From: a virus
Length of the DNA: 64,000 nucleotides
Virus record (IMG/VR): IMGVR_UViG_3300044655_000639
Location: 1 to 64,000 of that record
Strand: one strand, 5' to 3'
In this document: piece after piece, positions 1 through 10,694 of the stretch
Layout: every line of letters begins with the position of its first letter
Position numbering within the stretch: position 1 is the stretch's first letter
Translations under genes and position numbers: made by a program
The notes under the pieces: generated by a model
What the model was told of the DNA's origin: nothing
The model's input: the letters and a program-made list of their open reading frames with translations, nothing else
Database searches by the model: none

Positions 1-105
1 CTGGAATGCCTACATTTTCAGAAAGAGGCTGGAGTCCTTTTGGAACATGGGGTGGAAGATAATATAAATAGTGTATAATTCCTTACCACATAAAAGGACT
101 TATAC

Positions 106-3100
106 ATGAACCTTACTGAACTACGTAATCAAGCTGCTAAGGATATTCAAGCTGAAAGATCTAAGATAGGATCTTCCTCCTATATTAACAATACAAACAT
201 ACCTTATAATGAGCCCACACTTGCTGATAGAAGATACACTGGTCTTGCTCCATATGGTGAACCTACTAAAGCAGAGAAGCTCTTAGAGGCTAGAAATGAA
301 AAGATAAATAGACTACATGCTCTTACATCTACAAGCTCTGGTGCTCAGCTACAACAAGCTCTATCAGACATTGTAGACCAGCAAGTGTACACAGATGCTA
401 ATGGTAACAAGTACCAAGAGATGTATGGTAAAGATAGTAATGGAAACACTACTATCACTAAGGTACCTTACACAAAAGAAAATGCATATGGTAATGAAGA
501 TACAAGAAATCTCTATATAGATAATACGCTAGAAGGGAATATGAAGTTAGGGTTAGCTCGTAGTGATAAAGGATTCCTAGGACGGTACACTCCTACAGAG
601 GACAGTAAAGGTAAGAAGTATGGATGGACTCCAGGACCTAAAGGTGTAACACCTCAAGATGGTGCCTTAATGGATATCCAACTACCATATAATGTAGCTA
701 CTCAATTCGAGCATGGTGTGCACTCTAACAGAGGACAACTGGCTAATAGAGCTATAGGTCAAGGTCCTGTATCAAAACAAGATATAGCAAACTTCGGAAG
801 TGGTAAGACTGAGTATACAACACAGAATGCTCCTATGTGGAATCAATCTGCTAATACTAATCCAAGACTAGCTCCAAATACTCCTCTACCTAAAGAAATG
901 GATAAACTGCATAAGTATCAAAATGGGTTACAGATAACTGATTCTAACCTAATAGATGCACTACAGTACGGTGTTGGTAGAAAAGCTGCTGGAATAGCAG
1001 ATGCTATTGTGGATGCTGGAGGACAAGTAGCAGTAGCTGGATATGGTATGATGAATCCTGAGATGACTCAAGAGCAAGTACAAAAGAAGATGGCTAAGAC
1101 TATGGGTGGAAACTCTTTCACCAAAGACTACTACAATAAAAATGGGGACTTCATAGGACTAGACAAGTACAAGAAAGCTGCAGAGTATGGATATGATGAT
1201 GCTACTACTCAAGCTGCTATGGCAGACTTCGGTAAAGCCTTTGATAGTGGAAGCCCTGTGGAGATGGCTAAGTCTATAGCACGTAATCTAGATGCTGCTC
1301 CTGAATTTATAGCAGAGAGTGCTGGAGAATTCCTGACTGGACCTATGAGAGCTGCAGGTGTAATCCTTAATACATTCGACTATGCTAATAAGACTCTAGA
1401 GAGAAGACAAGAAGAAACTGGTAAAGCATACACTACCCTAGGAGATAAAGCTCTAGCAGGTCTAACAGGATGGGGACAAGCTATACTGAATAAAGCTGGT
1501 GTAGATGAGATGATCGGTAGAACAAAGATCGTATCTGGTGTAATGGATAAGCTGATCAAGTCTAATAAGCTAACAGATGGGATGGTATTGAATGCTGGCA
1601 AGAGACTAGCAGGGGCACTGACAGTAGCAACTGGTAAAGGACTATATGAAGGTACTGAAGAAGTAGCACAGCAGTTCTTAGACATCGTAGGAGCTAAGCT
1701 TGGGGATGAAAAAGCTAATGAAATCTTCTCTAGTAAGACAGGAAGAGAACTGTTCCAAGCATTCGGAGGAGGGTTTGGGAGTGGTGCTGGAATGCATGTA
1801 GTAACATCCCCTAAAGAAACCATAGGAGCTGTACTGTCTCCTGTAATGGCTACTACTAATAAAGGACTAACAAGCCTAGCAGAAATATCAGCTAATAGAA
1901 CAGTAGCAGATATAGATGCAAGAAAAGCTAAAGAGTACATAGCAAAACAAAACGAAGTGACAGCAGCTGAGAATGCTAAAATAGAAGAGATCAAAGCTCA
2001 AGAGGAAGCTGTCACTCCTATTACTTCTACTACTACAGCAGATACGCTAGATCTAACAAGAGAAGATATATCTACTGATGAGATAAATAGTGCTGCTACA
2101 GATCTGGTAACTAAAACCATACAAGCACAAGAAGCTGGTACTGTATATGAACCTACAGTTAATGAGCAAGCATTCCAAGCTGCATATGGTGAAGCTGTTA
2201 ATGCTAAGTTCACTGAAGTATATGCTGACATAGCTACAAATACAAATACTACTAATGCTGGGCTTACCAAAGCAACACCTAAACAAATGTCAGAAGGCTC
2301 TAGGAAACTAAATGATAATCCAGAACTTGCTGCACAAAATACTGTACTAGACAAACTTAGTACAAAAGTATCTGAGGCTAAAACAGAAGTTGAAAGAACT
2401 AATGCAGAAGTTGCTTATAATTACCACCTCAATAATGTAGTTACTCCACTAATTAACAGTATAAGAGGTTTTGATGATGCAGGTAATCTAATAAGCACTG
2501 TTGAAACTTCTAGCGCAACTACTCCTGCTAAAGGAACTCCGACTATGGCAGTTAGTGATAGAACAAGTGAAACTATTCAACAAGAAATAGAGGAGTTAGG
2601 TACAAGTAGGGATAACACCTATGTAGAGGACCTGCAAAGATATGTTGATAATGGAATGGGCATAGAAGAAGCTAAAAAGAAAGCCCACTCTAATTCGAGA
2701 GAAACATTCAATAAGATAAAAGCACTAGAAGAAGAACTCAAGACTGTTAAGGCTAATGAAGTATCTCAAGATAAAGCATTCAAAGAACAAGGAATATCTG
2801 ATGATGATCTGACAATCTACAAGAATGCTGGTATAGCAAATATCATATCTGTAGACGATAGAGCTAAAGGGTTAGGTATTGAAATAGATACTGATAAGGT
2901 ACAATTAAAAGAAGGAAGCACTAAGAAGAATAAGCTGTATGATCCTATGAAAGCTGATAATGCAACTCTAGATAGTATCATAGAAAGTGGTTTCAATAAA
3001 GATACGATAGATGCATTAGATGTAAGCAATAAAGGATCCACATTTCTGCAAAGACTATCTAAACACTTCACATTCGGCAAAGAAAAGCAAGTAGAACTGA

Positions 3101-6100
3101 CTAAGATAGCAAAAGACATCACAGCTAAACTATCAAATCCTACTGTTAAAGAAGCTATGACTAAAGTATCTGGTACTGATACATCTACAGCACAAGCACT
3201 AAGAGCTATCACAGTGGCTGTAAGTGCTGTACGATCAGCTACTACAGCAGAATTCGATATCACACATGGTGAAGGTGCTAAACATAATGGATATGCTCCT
3301 CAACTGGGGCTAGCAGAGCAAGTAGGTAAAGCATACTTAAACTCATTCGGAGCTAAGCTAAAGGGTAAGGACTCTGAGAGTATGGCTGCAAAGCATAAAG
3401 AGATAGGTATGAATGTACTGAAACTAGCAGAAGCTGCTGGATATGTAGAGAGTGCTTCTAATATGTCATTCCAGGTCCATAATAGAGTAACACCTAAAGG
3501 AGATAGAGTATCCACAAGTAGAGATGGTGGTAAATCAGATATTCCTGTAGGACAGAAGTCAGGTACATTCGCTAATACTGGGTATAGAGTAAAAGGTGAC
3601 AAAGACTCTTCTCGTATACCTGAGAATGCTGTAGGTTCTACTCTATCAAGTCTGGATAAGATATTCAATCCTATCAATGAAGAGATGGTTATGAGTACTC
3701 CATCTGATGTAGTAACATCTAAGAATCCTATCTCAAAAGAGCACCAGCAGATCATAAAAGATATGCAAGGTATGAAGTTCAGAATAAAAGCTCCATTCAT
3801 AGAATTACTCAAAAGTATAAAGGCTTCTCTAGGTGATAATATGGAGGCAAATCTATCTACGAATCCTGATATTAAAAAGCTATTAGGACTGGATAAGAAG
3901 TCTACGCTACTGACAAAGATGGGAGACTCTGGTAAGAGTATCCAAAGAAAAGGTAATCTACTAAAGCTACTGGAGAACCTGGATGAACTAGAAGCCATGA
4001 GTAAAGATGGATTCCACTTCACATTAGATACTGCTATCAATGAACGTGTACATATAATGCAAACACTTCTAGAGTTCCAAGGTGATAAGTTCATGTCAAG
4101 ACAGATCCTAACAGGAGGAGAATACACTACTGGTAACAAGTATGAGTATGATATGCTGATCAATGACATAAAAGACAATCTACCAAAGGGTATGGAATAT
4201 AATGATGATAGATTGACTGCTGCTGTAAAAGACTTCAATAAAGGAGTATTCAATGGTGATCAAGCTGTGTTCAACATAGTAGCTACTATGAAAGCACTAG
4301 GCTTCGACTCTCCATTCAAGATGCTGAATGTCCTGCAAGGTATGGCTGATGTACAGAAAGCTGATGGGTACAAAGTGACTACTGAGTATGTTCCTAGTGC
4401 AGATGCTACTGCAAGTGGTGTAATGAATACTCTAATGAATCTAATCGGTATGCCTTCAATACAGAACATGTTCAATAACTGGATAAGTGGAGGTAAGTTC
4501 GATCCATATACTGCACTACTAGACGCTGTAGATCTAGATAAAGAAGGTTCTTTCAGTGAGAGAGCATTAGCTACAAACAATGTATTCAATATACTATATA
4601 AAGGATCTAATCGTGACATTACAAAGTATCCTATCATCAAATGGATATATGGTCAATGGAAAGGCAATACTGAAAGAGAGATGGCTGATAGTATAGCAGT
4701 AGACCTGCTAAAAGCTGCTACTACAGGAAATCAAGATGCACTCAATGAAGTCAATAGAATCCTAGCTACAGCTAATAAAGAAGGGTATGAGGATATACTA
4801 GTAGGCGATATAGCTGTACGATCAGGAGATGCTCATCTAATAAAAGAAGCAGAAGAACTAGAAGCTACTATCAAAGATGGTAACTATGTAATATTTGACA
4901 CTGAGACTACAGATAGTACTCAAGGTAAAAATAACCATATCATACAAGCATCTATTCGCATCTTCAAGAATGGCGTAGAACAAGAGCCTGTAATGATACA
5001 TGTGCCACTAGAAGACGGTATCACCATAAGCCAAGGTGCATTCGAGATCCACAAGGTATCAGAAGAGATTCTTAAAAGTAAGATAAAGAATGGTGAAACA
5101 AGAAAAGGTCAGATAGCTAAGATACGTAGAGCAATAGGTTCTCTGCCTATAATTGCACATAGTGCCTCTTTCGATACTTCAGCTCTTCAATTAGGAGACG
5201 GTAAGATTATCACTAATAAAGTGCATGACACTATGGCACTAGCTAAGATTGCTCAATATGAGAAAGCAGCCCAAGATGGTGGAAAGACTACAGGTGGTGT
5301 TATAAATATAAAGGCTCTTTCTAAGACATATGGTATAGAGTATGATGATAAAGCCTCTCATGATGCTGCATATGATACAGCTCAAACAAAGCTACTAATA
5401 CAACCAATGCTAGATAGATTCAATAGCGTAAAGAGTAAGCTAAAAGTAGAAGGTGCCAATAATATCAGTAACCTAACAGAAGAAGATAAAAAAGTAATAA
5501 CAGACTACTACCAAACCAACATAAGTTCTCTATATGTTCCAGCACTAGATAAAGCATTCCCTGGTGTAAAAGAGTATAGTACTGCCATGAAGACACTGTA
5601 TGGTATCCTACAAACAAGTAAAGTATGGGATGGTAGAATCAAGAGTGCTATGGGTGTAATGCAAGGCACTGGTAATAAGATGAGTGTACGTAAGCTAAAG
5701 AATGTTGTACAGGATGTAGACGGTGATCTAACACAAATAGACAAAGAGATGGATAATGAAACATCATTCCTGGTAAACCTACAGCACTCAGTAGATGCTG
5801 CGCTACTACTACTATCTATGCAGAAAGTATTGAATAATCCTAATCTAACAGAAGTTAGTGTAATGACTGTACATGATGACTTCAGAGCACAACCTAAAGT
5901 ACTACGTGAGATAATGGCAGAGTATAATAAGCTAACAAGAGAAGTAGCAGTAAAGTATGACTTCCTCAGTGTAGCAATGGATGAAGTACAAGAAGTGATA
6001 GAGAAGCTGGAAGCAAAAGAGAACAAGACTCCAGAAGAGATAAAAACTCTATCAGTAGTAAAAGCTCAATATAACTCATTCAAGAATGATAGACAATTCC

Positions 6101-9100
6101 CTGGTACTGATGGAAAGCTAACAGTAAATGAAATGCTAGAAGCTAAGAAGAAATTCTTAGAAGGAGACATAGGTCTAAAAGTACTAGGAGATAAAACTGT
6201 AGATCTAAGTGGAGTAGATACTTCTGTATCTAAGCATAAAGCCAAAGAGAAAGCAGCACAGACTCTATCAGAGAAACTACATGAAGCACTGAACAATGGT
6301 GCAGATGTAGCAACAGCTCTACAATCTGTGGTAAATACTATAAAGGTGAGTGAAGAGTATGGTGCTCTAAAGCAGAAGGTTCTAGATGCTCTATCAGGTA
6401 AGACTATAACATTCAGTAGAAGTGATCAAGGCTTTACTGGAGGTAATGGTAAAGTAACAATACCTACTGGAAAGATAGGAGAAGAAAGATTCGTAGCTTC
6501 TGCACAGAGAGCTACAGCAATGACTCCTGAAGGGCTAATAGAGACATTAGCACATGAGATAGATCATGCCTATAAGCTAAGCTATATAGAGAGTGATACA
6601 GGGCTTAAATCACCTGAGGTGAAGTATCTAAATAAAGTGGTAGAAAAGCTACGGAGAGAGCGAGATAAAGGTAATCTAACAACACTATCATCAGAAACCC
6701 AAGCACGTATAAAGTATATAGTAGAACATAAAGATGCTGGGAGAGCTGTGAGTGAGCTGGTATCAGTACTAGAGAATGAAATCTCTGTATCCAATGAGAT
6801 TAAAGGAATAGTACAAGCACCTACACTTCTAGAAGTGCTATCTAACCTCATCAAGAGAGTGAAGGAATGGGTTAAAGCAATGACTCAAGATGAGAGAAAA
6901 TCTCGTATAAGTGAAGCTATGAGTAATGATGATACTACTATGATGGCACTAGAAGCATCTCTAATAGAAGTAAGTATTAACTCTAAAGCATATGGTGTAG
7001 GAGATGGTAAAGCTATGGCTAGAGCTTCAGCTAAGTCAGATACTGATACGGTAAATGATCCATACTTCAATGAGAATCTAAATCCGTTAGTAGCAGCTAA
7101 TAAAGCTATGGCTAAGTCTAATAGATTCCTATCAGACTGGATGATCATATGGGGTGATCTAATAGCTCAAGAAGTAGGACCTATAGCTGGTAAGTTCCAT
7201 AATAAGATGAAAGAGAAATATCCTGTGTATGTTCAGACAATGAGTATGATACGATCAGGATTCTATGAGAGTGAGTGGATGCAAAAGATGCATACAAATC
7301 TAGGAGTAGATGGATCAAGATCTGAAGTAATCAATAAGCTGCAGACTCTACGTCATGAGATAGGGCAACAGACAGGAGCACTAGCTAGAAAGATGGCAGA
7401 GCTTAAAAGAAGACAAGAAGAAGTCTATACAAAGAAAGAGCGTAATACATTATATGCTATGTTCAAGACTGGTATAGGGCATCTATCAACAGAAGAGCTA
7501 AAGACAGTACATGATGGTATCTTCAATGGAAGTATGACATATAAAGAAGCTATAGCTATAGTATCTGATGGTATGACTGCTGATCAAATAAGACAGTTAG
7601 ATAATGTTGCTAACTACGTAAATACTGGTAATACTACTGAGACAGCAAGAGAAGTGAATACACTATTCATAGAAGGTGTATCAGAAGAGAAAGGTGGAGC
7701 ATACGTAGCATTGAAAGCATTATCTCAAATACCTGGATCACTAGAACTGCTAAAGGGCATGGATAAAGATATGCTGAAAGAGATGCTGTCTATTGCAAAT
7801 GCTAACAAACATCTAAGTGAAGTAATCAATAGAGCAAAGACAGACTACACAGGTAAGAAGATCACTAATGAAGCTGGTTACTATAGTGACTATGATGTAA
7901 CGTATGCTATGGACATCTTCAATGAGAATCATGAGTATGTACTGATCACTGCAGAAGATCTAAAAAGAAGCATCTACTCAGAAACCAATGGATGGTTTGT
8001 AGTAAAGGGTGTAGAGAATGGAGTAGGTCTGGTAGGAAGAAAAAGTTATTCTCCTACTAATAGACCAGGTGTTGGACTAGAAGTAACAAGATACCAGAAT
8101 GGTGTATACCTAGATCCAGAACAATCAGCTAAGATGGATAACATAATAGGAAAGTTAAAATCTAAAGAAGCAGTATCAGCATATCTAGATGCAAACAGTA
8201 TCACAATGGATAATGGTAAATACAGATTTGTAATAGATGAGAAGACTAAAAGAGAGAAACTTGATCTAGTAGAGGATTCAGCTGAGTCTCTATATAGAAC
8301 ATATATCAGAAACTTCGAACTAGTACATGCTCAAAGTATTAAGGATATAGTGCTCAATGAAGGAATTCAACATATCAATACAGAAAAGGATATGCTAATC
8401 CTAAATACTATTCTAGAAACTAACAATAAAGAGAGAGGTCTACTAAGTAGAACTAAAGTACTACCATTCCTAAAAGTAAACTATGATATGAAGATGACAT
8501 ATGATGAAATGGCTAAGAAATACCCATACATTGCAATGTATTTTAGAACTCCTAATAATCTATCAACATATCAAGAGTTCAACCAGAACATAACATTTGT
8601 AAAGAAAGGTGAAGGTGATGTGCTGTTAGGATACAAGCCAGGAACATTATTCGCAGATAGTGATAATAGATCCCTAGCAAAATGGGAATCTATGTATAAG
8701 AAACTAATAGTACTATCAAAGCAAAAGATGATTGTAACAAACCCTAAGAAGCTTGCTGTAGATGCTGCTGCTAACATGGGGATCCTATCTATGTATGATA
8801 TGGACCCAATGTCTATATTCAGAGGAATGAAAGATGGATTCACAGAGTACCATAAGTTAACAGCTAAAAGAAACACTCTAGTAGATGTGGAACTTAAAGC
8901 AAGAATAGCCTTCAATAGTAAAGATACTGCAAAGTATGAAGTACTGATGAAAAGACGTGATAAGATAAATGCTCAGCTAAAAGAGATGAAGTTCTATGAT
9001 GCATGGAAATCAGGTTTCATACAGTCATACAGTACAGATCTAGTACTTAAAGAGTTTGATACTATCAGTGGTATCCAAAGAGATATAGATATATTCATAG

Positions 9101-9792
9101 ATAAATATACTATTGATGAGAAAGGTGATCCAAATGCATTGTATAAAGCTATAAAGTGGTGGCAAGAAGCTGGAGGACCAAAAGCTAATGTAGAAACATT
9201 CTTCAGTGCTGTTAGTAAAGCAAGTGCATTAAAAGGGACAATGTTAAGTACTGAGTTAAAAGAGCTGAGTGAGAGATTAAAGAATAAGAAGAATGAAGAG
9301 AGTGTGGCAAGGTATGTCAGCGAGTTCCTAGGAAGTCCCTCATCTGAAGTGGTAAGCTATGGTAGTGCTACTATGGTGTTGATAGATGCCCTATCTAAGT
9401 ATCTTCTAGCAAATCACCTAATGACTCAAGAGAATCCTAGAAAGGGTAAAGTAGGTGCAAGACCTATGTATACTAAAGAAGAAGCATACGCTATAGCTCA
9501 AGAGACATTCATAGACTATAGAGATAATCTTCCAAAAGAAGTACAGACACTAAGTGACTATGGTGTATTACTGTTCCCAGCATACTGGATGCGAGTACAG
9601 AAGATACTAGCGGGACTAGCATTGTACCACCCTATAAGCTCGCTAGGAGGATTTGCAATAGAAGCTTCACTAGGTATTGAGAGCATGAGTGCAATGAACT
9701 CTAACCTGTTTACAAAGGGGGCAAATGAAGGGCTTATAAACCTAAACCCAGCTGAGGTGATAGATGCAGGTTCTGTAATGGTATTGCTCTAA
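106..9792 (+). CDS. Virion-encapsidated RNA polymerase (N4 gp50-like), with inserted DEDDh exonuclease and HExxH motif
   Basis: 3228 aa with no Cys seen. T7-superfamily motif A DATASG (4402), motif B RDITK..IYG (4612-4653), motif C VHDDF (5872). Last late gene, converging on the middle genes as in N4. Confidence 0.93.
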   Translation: MNLTELRNQAAKDIQAERSKIGSSSYINNTNIPYNEPTLADRRYTGLAPYGEPTKAEKLLEARNEKINRLHALTSTSSGAQLQQALSDIVDQQVYTDANGNKYQEMYGKDSNGNTTITKVPYTKENAYGNEDTRNLYIDNTLEGNMKLGLARSDKGFLGRYTPTEDSKGKKYGWTPGPKGVTPQDGALMDIQLPYNVATQFEHGVHSNRGQLANRAIGQGPVSKQDIANFGSGKTEYTTQNAPMWNQSANTNPRLAPNTPLPKEMDKLHKYQNGLQITDSNLIDALQYGVGRKAAGIADAIVDAGGQVAVAGYGMMNPEMTQEQVQKKMAKTMGGNSFTKDYYNKNGDFIGLDKYKKAAEYGYDDATTQAAMADFGKAFDSGSPVEMAKSIARNLDAAPEFIAESAGEFLTGPMRAAGVILNTFDYANKTLERRQEETGKAYTTLGDKALAGLTGWGQAILNKAGVDEMIGRTKIVSGVMDKLIKSNKLTDGMVLNAGKRLAGALTVATGKGLYEGTEEVAQQFLDIVGAKLGDEKANEIFSSKTGRELFQAFGGGFGSGAGMHVVTSPKETIGAVLSPVMATTNKGLTSLAEISANRTVADIDARKAKEYIAKQNEVTAAENAKIEEIKAQEEAVTPITSTTTADTLDLTREDISTDEINSAATDLVTKTIQAQEAGTVYEPTVNEQAFQAAYGEAVNAKFTEVYADIATNTNTTNAGLTKATPKQMSEGSRKLNDNPELAAQNTVLDKLSTKVSEAKTEVERTNAEVAYNYHLNNVVTPLINSIRGFDDAGNLISTVETSSATTPAKGTPTMAVSDRTSETIQQEIEELGTSRDNTYVEDLQRYVDNGMGIEEAKKKAHSNSRETFNKIKALEEELKTVKANEVSQDKAFKEQGISDDDLTIYKNAGIANIISVDDRAKGLGIEIDTDKVQLKEGSTKKNKLYDPMKADNATLDSIIESGFNKDTIDALDVSNKGSTFLQRLSKHFTFGKEKQVELTKIAKDITAKLSNPTVKEAMTKVSGTDTSTAQALRAITVAVSAVRSATTAEFDITHGEGAKHNGYAPQLGLAEQVGKAYLNSFGAKLKGKDSESMAAKHKEIGMNVLKLAEAAGYVESASNMSFQVHNRVTPKGDRVSTSRDGGKSDIPVGQKSGTFANTGYRVKGDKDSSRIPENAVGSTLSSLDKIFNPINEEMVMSTPSDVVTSKNPISKEHQQIIKDMQGMKFRIKAPFIELLKSIKASLGDNMEANLSTNPDIKKLLGLDKKSTLLTKMGDSGKSIQRKGNLLKLLENLDELEAMSKDGFHFTLDTAINERVHIMQTLLEFQGDKFMSRQILTGGEYTTGNKYEYDMLINDIKDNLPKGMEYNDDRLTAAVKDFNKGVFNGDQAVFNIVATMKALGFDSPFKMLNVLQGMADVQKADGYKVTTEYVPSADATASGVMNTLMNLIGMPSIQNMFNNWISGGKFDPYTALLDAVDLDKEGSFSERALATNNVFNILYKGSNRDITKYPIIKWIYGQWKGNTEREMADSIAVDLLKAATTGNQDALNEVNRILATANKEGYEDILVGDIAVRSGDAHLIKEAEELEATIKDGNYVIFDTETTDSTQGKNNHIIQASIRIFKNGVEQEPVMIHVPLEDGITISQGAFEIHKVSEEILKSKIKNGETRKGQIAKIRRAIGSLPIIAHSASFDTSALQLGDGKIITNKVHDTMALAKIAQYEKAAQDGGKTTGGVINIKALSKTYGIEYDDKASHDAAYDTAQTKLLIQPMLDRFNSVKSKLKVEGANNISNLTEEDKKVITDYYQTNISSLYVPALDKAFPGVKEYSTAMKTLYGILQTSKVWDGRIKSAMGVMQGTGNKMSVRKLKNVVQDVDGDLTQIDKEMDNETSFLVNLQHSVDAALLLLSMQKVLNNPNLTEVSVMTVHDDFRAQPKVLREIMAEYNKLTREVAVKYDFLSVAMDEVQEVIEKLEAKENKTPEEIKTLSVVKAQYNSFKNDRQFPGTDGKLTVNEMLEAKKKFLEGDIGLKVLGDKTVDLSGVDTSVSKHKAKEKAAQTLSEKLHEALNNGADVATALQSVVNTIKVSEEYGALKQKVLDALSGKTITFSRSDQGFTGGNGKVTIPTGKIGEERFVASAQRATAMTPEGLIETLAHEIDHAYKLSYIESDTGLKSPEVKYLNKVVEKLRRERDKGNLTTLSSETQARIKYIVEHKDAGRAVSELVSVLENEISVSNEIKGIVQAPTLLEVLSNLIKRVKEWVKAMTQDERKSRISEAMSNDDTTMMALEASLIEVSINSKAYGVGDGKAMARASAKSDTDTVNDPYFNENLNPLVAANKAMAKSNRFLSDWMIIWGDLIAQEVGPIAGKFHNKMKEKYPVYVQTMSMIRSGFYESEWMQKMHTNLGVDGSRSEVINKLQTLRHEIGQQTGALARKMAELKRRQEEVYTKKERNTLYAMFKTGIGHLSTEELKTVHDGIFNGSMTYKEAIAIVSDGMTADQIRQLDNVANYVNTGNTTETAREVNTLFIEGVSEEKGGAYVALKALSQIPGSLELLKGMDKDMLKEMLSIANANKHLSEVINRAKTDYTGKKITNEAGYYSDYDVTYAMDIFNENHEYVLITAEDLKRSIYSETNGWFVVKGVENGVGLVGRKSYSPTNRPGVGLEVTRYQNGVYLDPEQSAKMDNIIGKLKSKEAVSAYLDANSITMDNGKYRFVIDEKTKREKLDLVEDSAESLYRTYIRNFELVHAQSIKDIVLNEGIQHINTEKDMLILNTILETNNKERGLLSRTKVLPFLKVNYDMKMTYDEMAKKYPYIAMYFRTPNNLSTYQEFNQNITFVKKGEGDVLLGYKPGTLFADSDNRSLAKWESMYKKLIVLSKQKMIVTNPKKLAVDAAANMGILSMYDMDPMSIFRGMKDGFTEYHKLTAKRNTLVDVELKARIAFNSKDTAKYEVLMKRRDKINAQLKEMKFYDAWKSGFIQSYSTDLVLKEFDTISGIQRDIDIFIDKYTIDEKGDPNALYKAIKWWQEAGGPKANVETFFSAVSKASALKGTMLSTELKELSERLKNKKNEESVARYVSEFLGSPSSEVVSYGSATMVLIDALSKYLLANHLMTQENPRKGKVGARPMYTKEEAYAIAQETFIDYRDNLPKEVQTLSDYGVLLFPAYWMRVQKILAGLALYHPISSLGGFAIEASLGIESMSAMNSNLFTKGANEGLINLNPAEVIDAGSVMVLL

Positions 9793-9795
9793 TGA

Positions 9796-9813
9796 CACAC
9801 TCCTAAGAGTGTG
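9796..9813. terminator. Hairpin between convergent vRNAP and MazG genes
   Basis: CACACTC-CTAA-GAGTGTG perfect 7-bp stem at the convergence point; no clear U-tract. Confidence 0.6.
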
Positions 9814-10186
9814 CTTTAGATAATCGACATACAGTGTAGTCTGGTTCATATAGAGTAGATGGGTCTTGATTAGGATCTTTCTTCCATTTACCATCTGGTC
9901 CTTCCATACGCCATGATATAGCCTGTAATGGATCCTGCTGTCTAGCAGAGATATGCTTCACTACCTGCTTCATGACTAGATCAATGTCATAGCCCATAAG
10001 AGCAATCTCATTAGCTGAAAGTACAATGATATCAGCAATAGCATCAACCATACCATGCTCATCAGAAGCATTCACTGCATCTGAATATTCCTCTAGTTCT
10101 TCTGTGATAGATGCAACATACACACCCTGTGGTGCAATGATGTTACGATCTCTACGCCATACCTTCAATGAGTCTGTCCACTTCAT
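9803..10186 (-). CDS. MazG-like NTP pyrophosphohydrolase
   Basis: EELEEY...DAIADIIV acidic motif of all-alpha NTP-PPases. Confidence 0.7.
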   Translation of the reverse strand: MKWTDSLKVWRRDRNIIAPQGVYVASITEELEEYSDAVNASDEHGMVDAIADIIVLSANEIALMGYDIDLVMKQVVKHISARQQDPLQAISWRMEGPDGKWKKDPNQDPSTLYEPDYTVCRLSKAHS

Positions 10187-10521
10187 TTGCCTTCTCCATG
10201 AAGCTCATCTACTACAAGCTGTGCATAGCCTGCAATGTCGATCCATGAATCATCATAGAAAGGATCTCCGTTACCAATACGACCAATCTTATGGAAGATC
10301 ATATCTAAGGATTCTCTCATGGCAGGAGTAAGTCTGCTGAAGTTGTTAGAGTGCTTAATGAAAGCATCTTTCAATGCCTGAGTAAGTGCTGCATGACCTG
10401 AGAACTTACCATAACGGTTTCCTCTTTCTAGTAGAATATCTTCTACACCTATATACTGTTTTTCTAATGATGGTGACATTACTGCGTCTCCTCCTCCGTG
10501 ATCTGAAAATGCTAATGACAT
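10183..10521 (-). CDS. Conserved phage protein (DUF6378-like)
   Basis: ERGNRYGKF...KIGRI...DSWIDIAGYA pattern. Confidence 0.65.
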   Translation of the reverse strand: MSLAFSDHGGGDAVMSPSLEKQYIGVEDILLERGNRYGKFSGHAALTQALKDAFIKHSNNFSRLTPAMRESLDMIFHKIGRIGNGDPFYDDSWIDIAGYAQLVVDELHGEGK

Positions 10522-10523
10522 AC

Positions 10524-10694
10524 TTAATCTCCTTTAGGTAAGTCTGGTGCAGAGTCAATAATGACCTGCATAGCTTTAAAGTATATGCCTTTGTATTGTT
10601 CATTCAGTTTAGCAAGTGCTTCAGCTTTCACTGTAGCAGATGCTTCTGATGTAGCAATAGCATCATACTTCTTACTGTATTCTTTTGGTGTCAT
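10524..10694 (-). CDS. Hypothetical protein, 56 aa (MTPKEYSKKY...)
   Basis: Translated by hand; ATGA overlap with the nrdB stop and fills the operon gap. Confidence 0.6.
   Translation of the reverse strand: MTPKEYSKKYDAIATSEASATVKAEALAKLNEQYKGIYFKAMQVIIDSAPDLPKGD

Noticed and set aside
1380-8915. Many - strand ORFs inside the vRNAP gene, and similar antisense ORFs elsewhere
   Set aside because: Shadow frames of long genes with biased codon use; no RBS or recognisable motifs.
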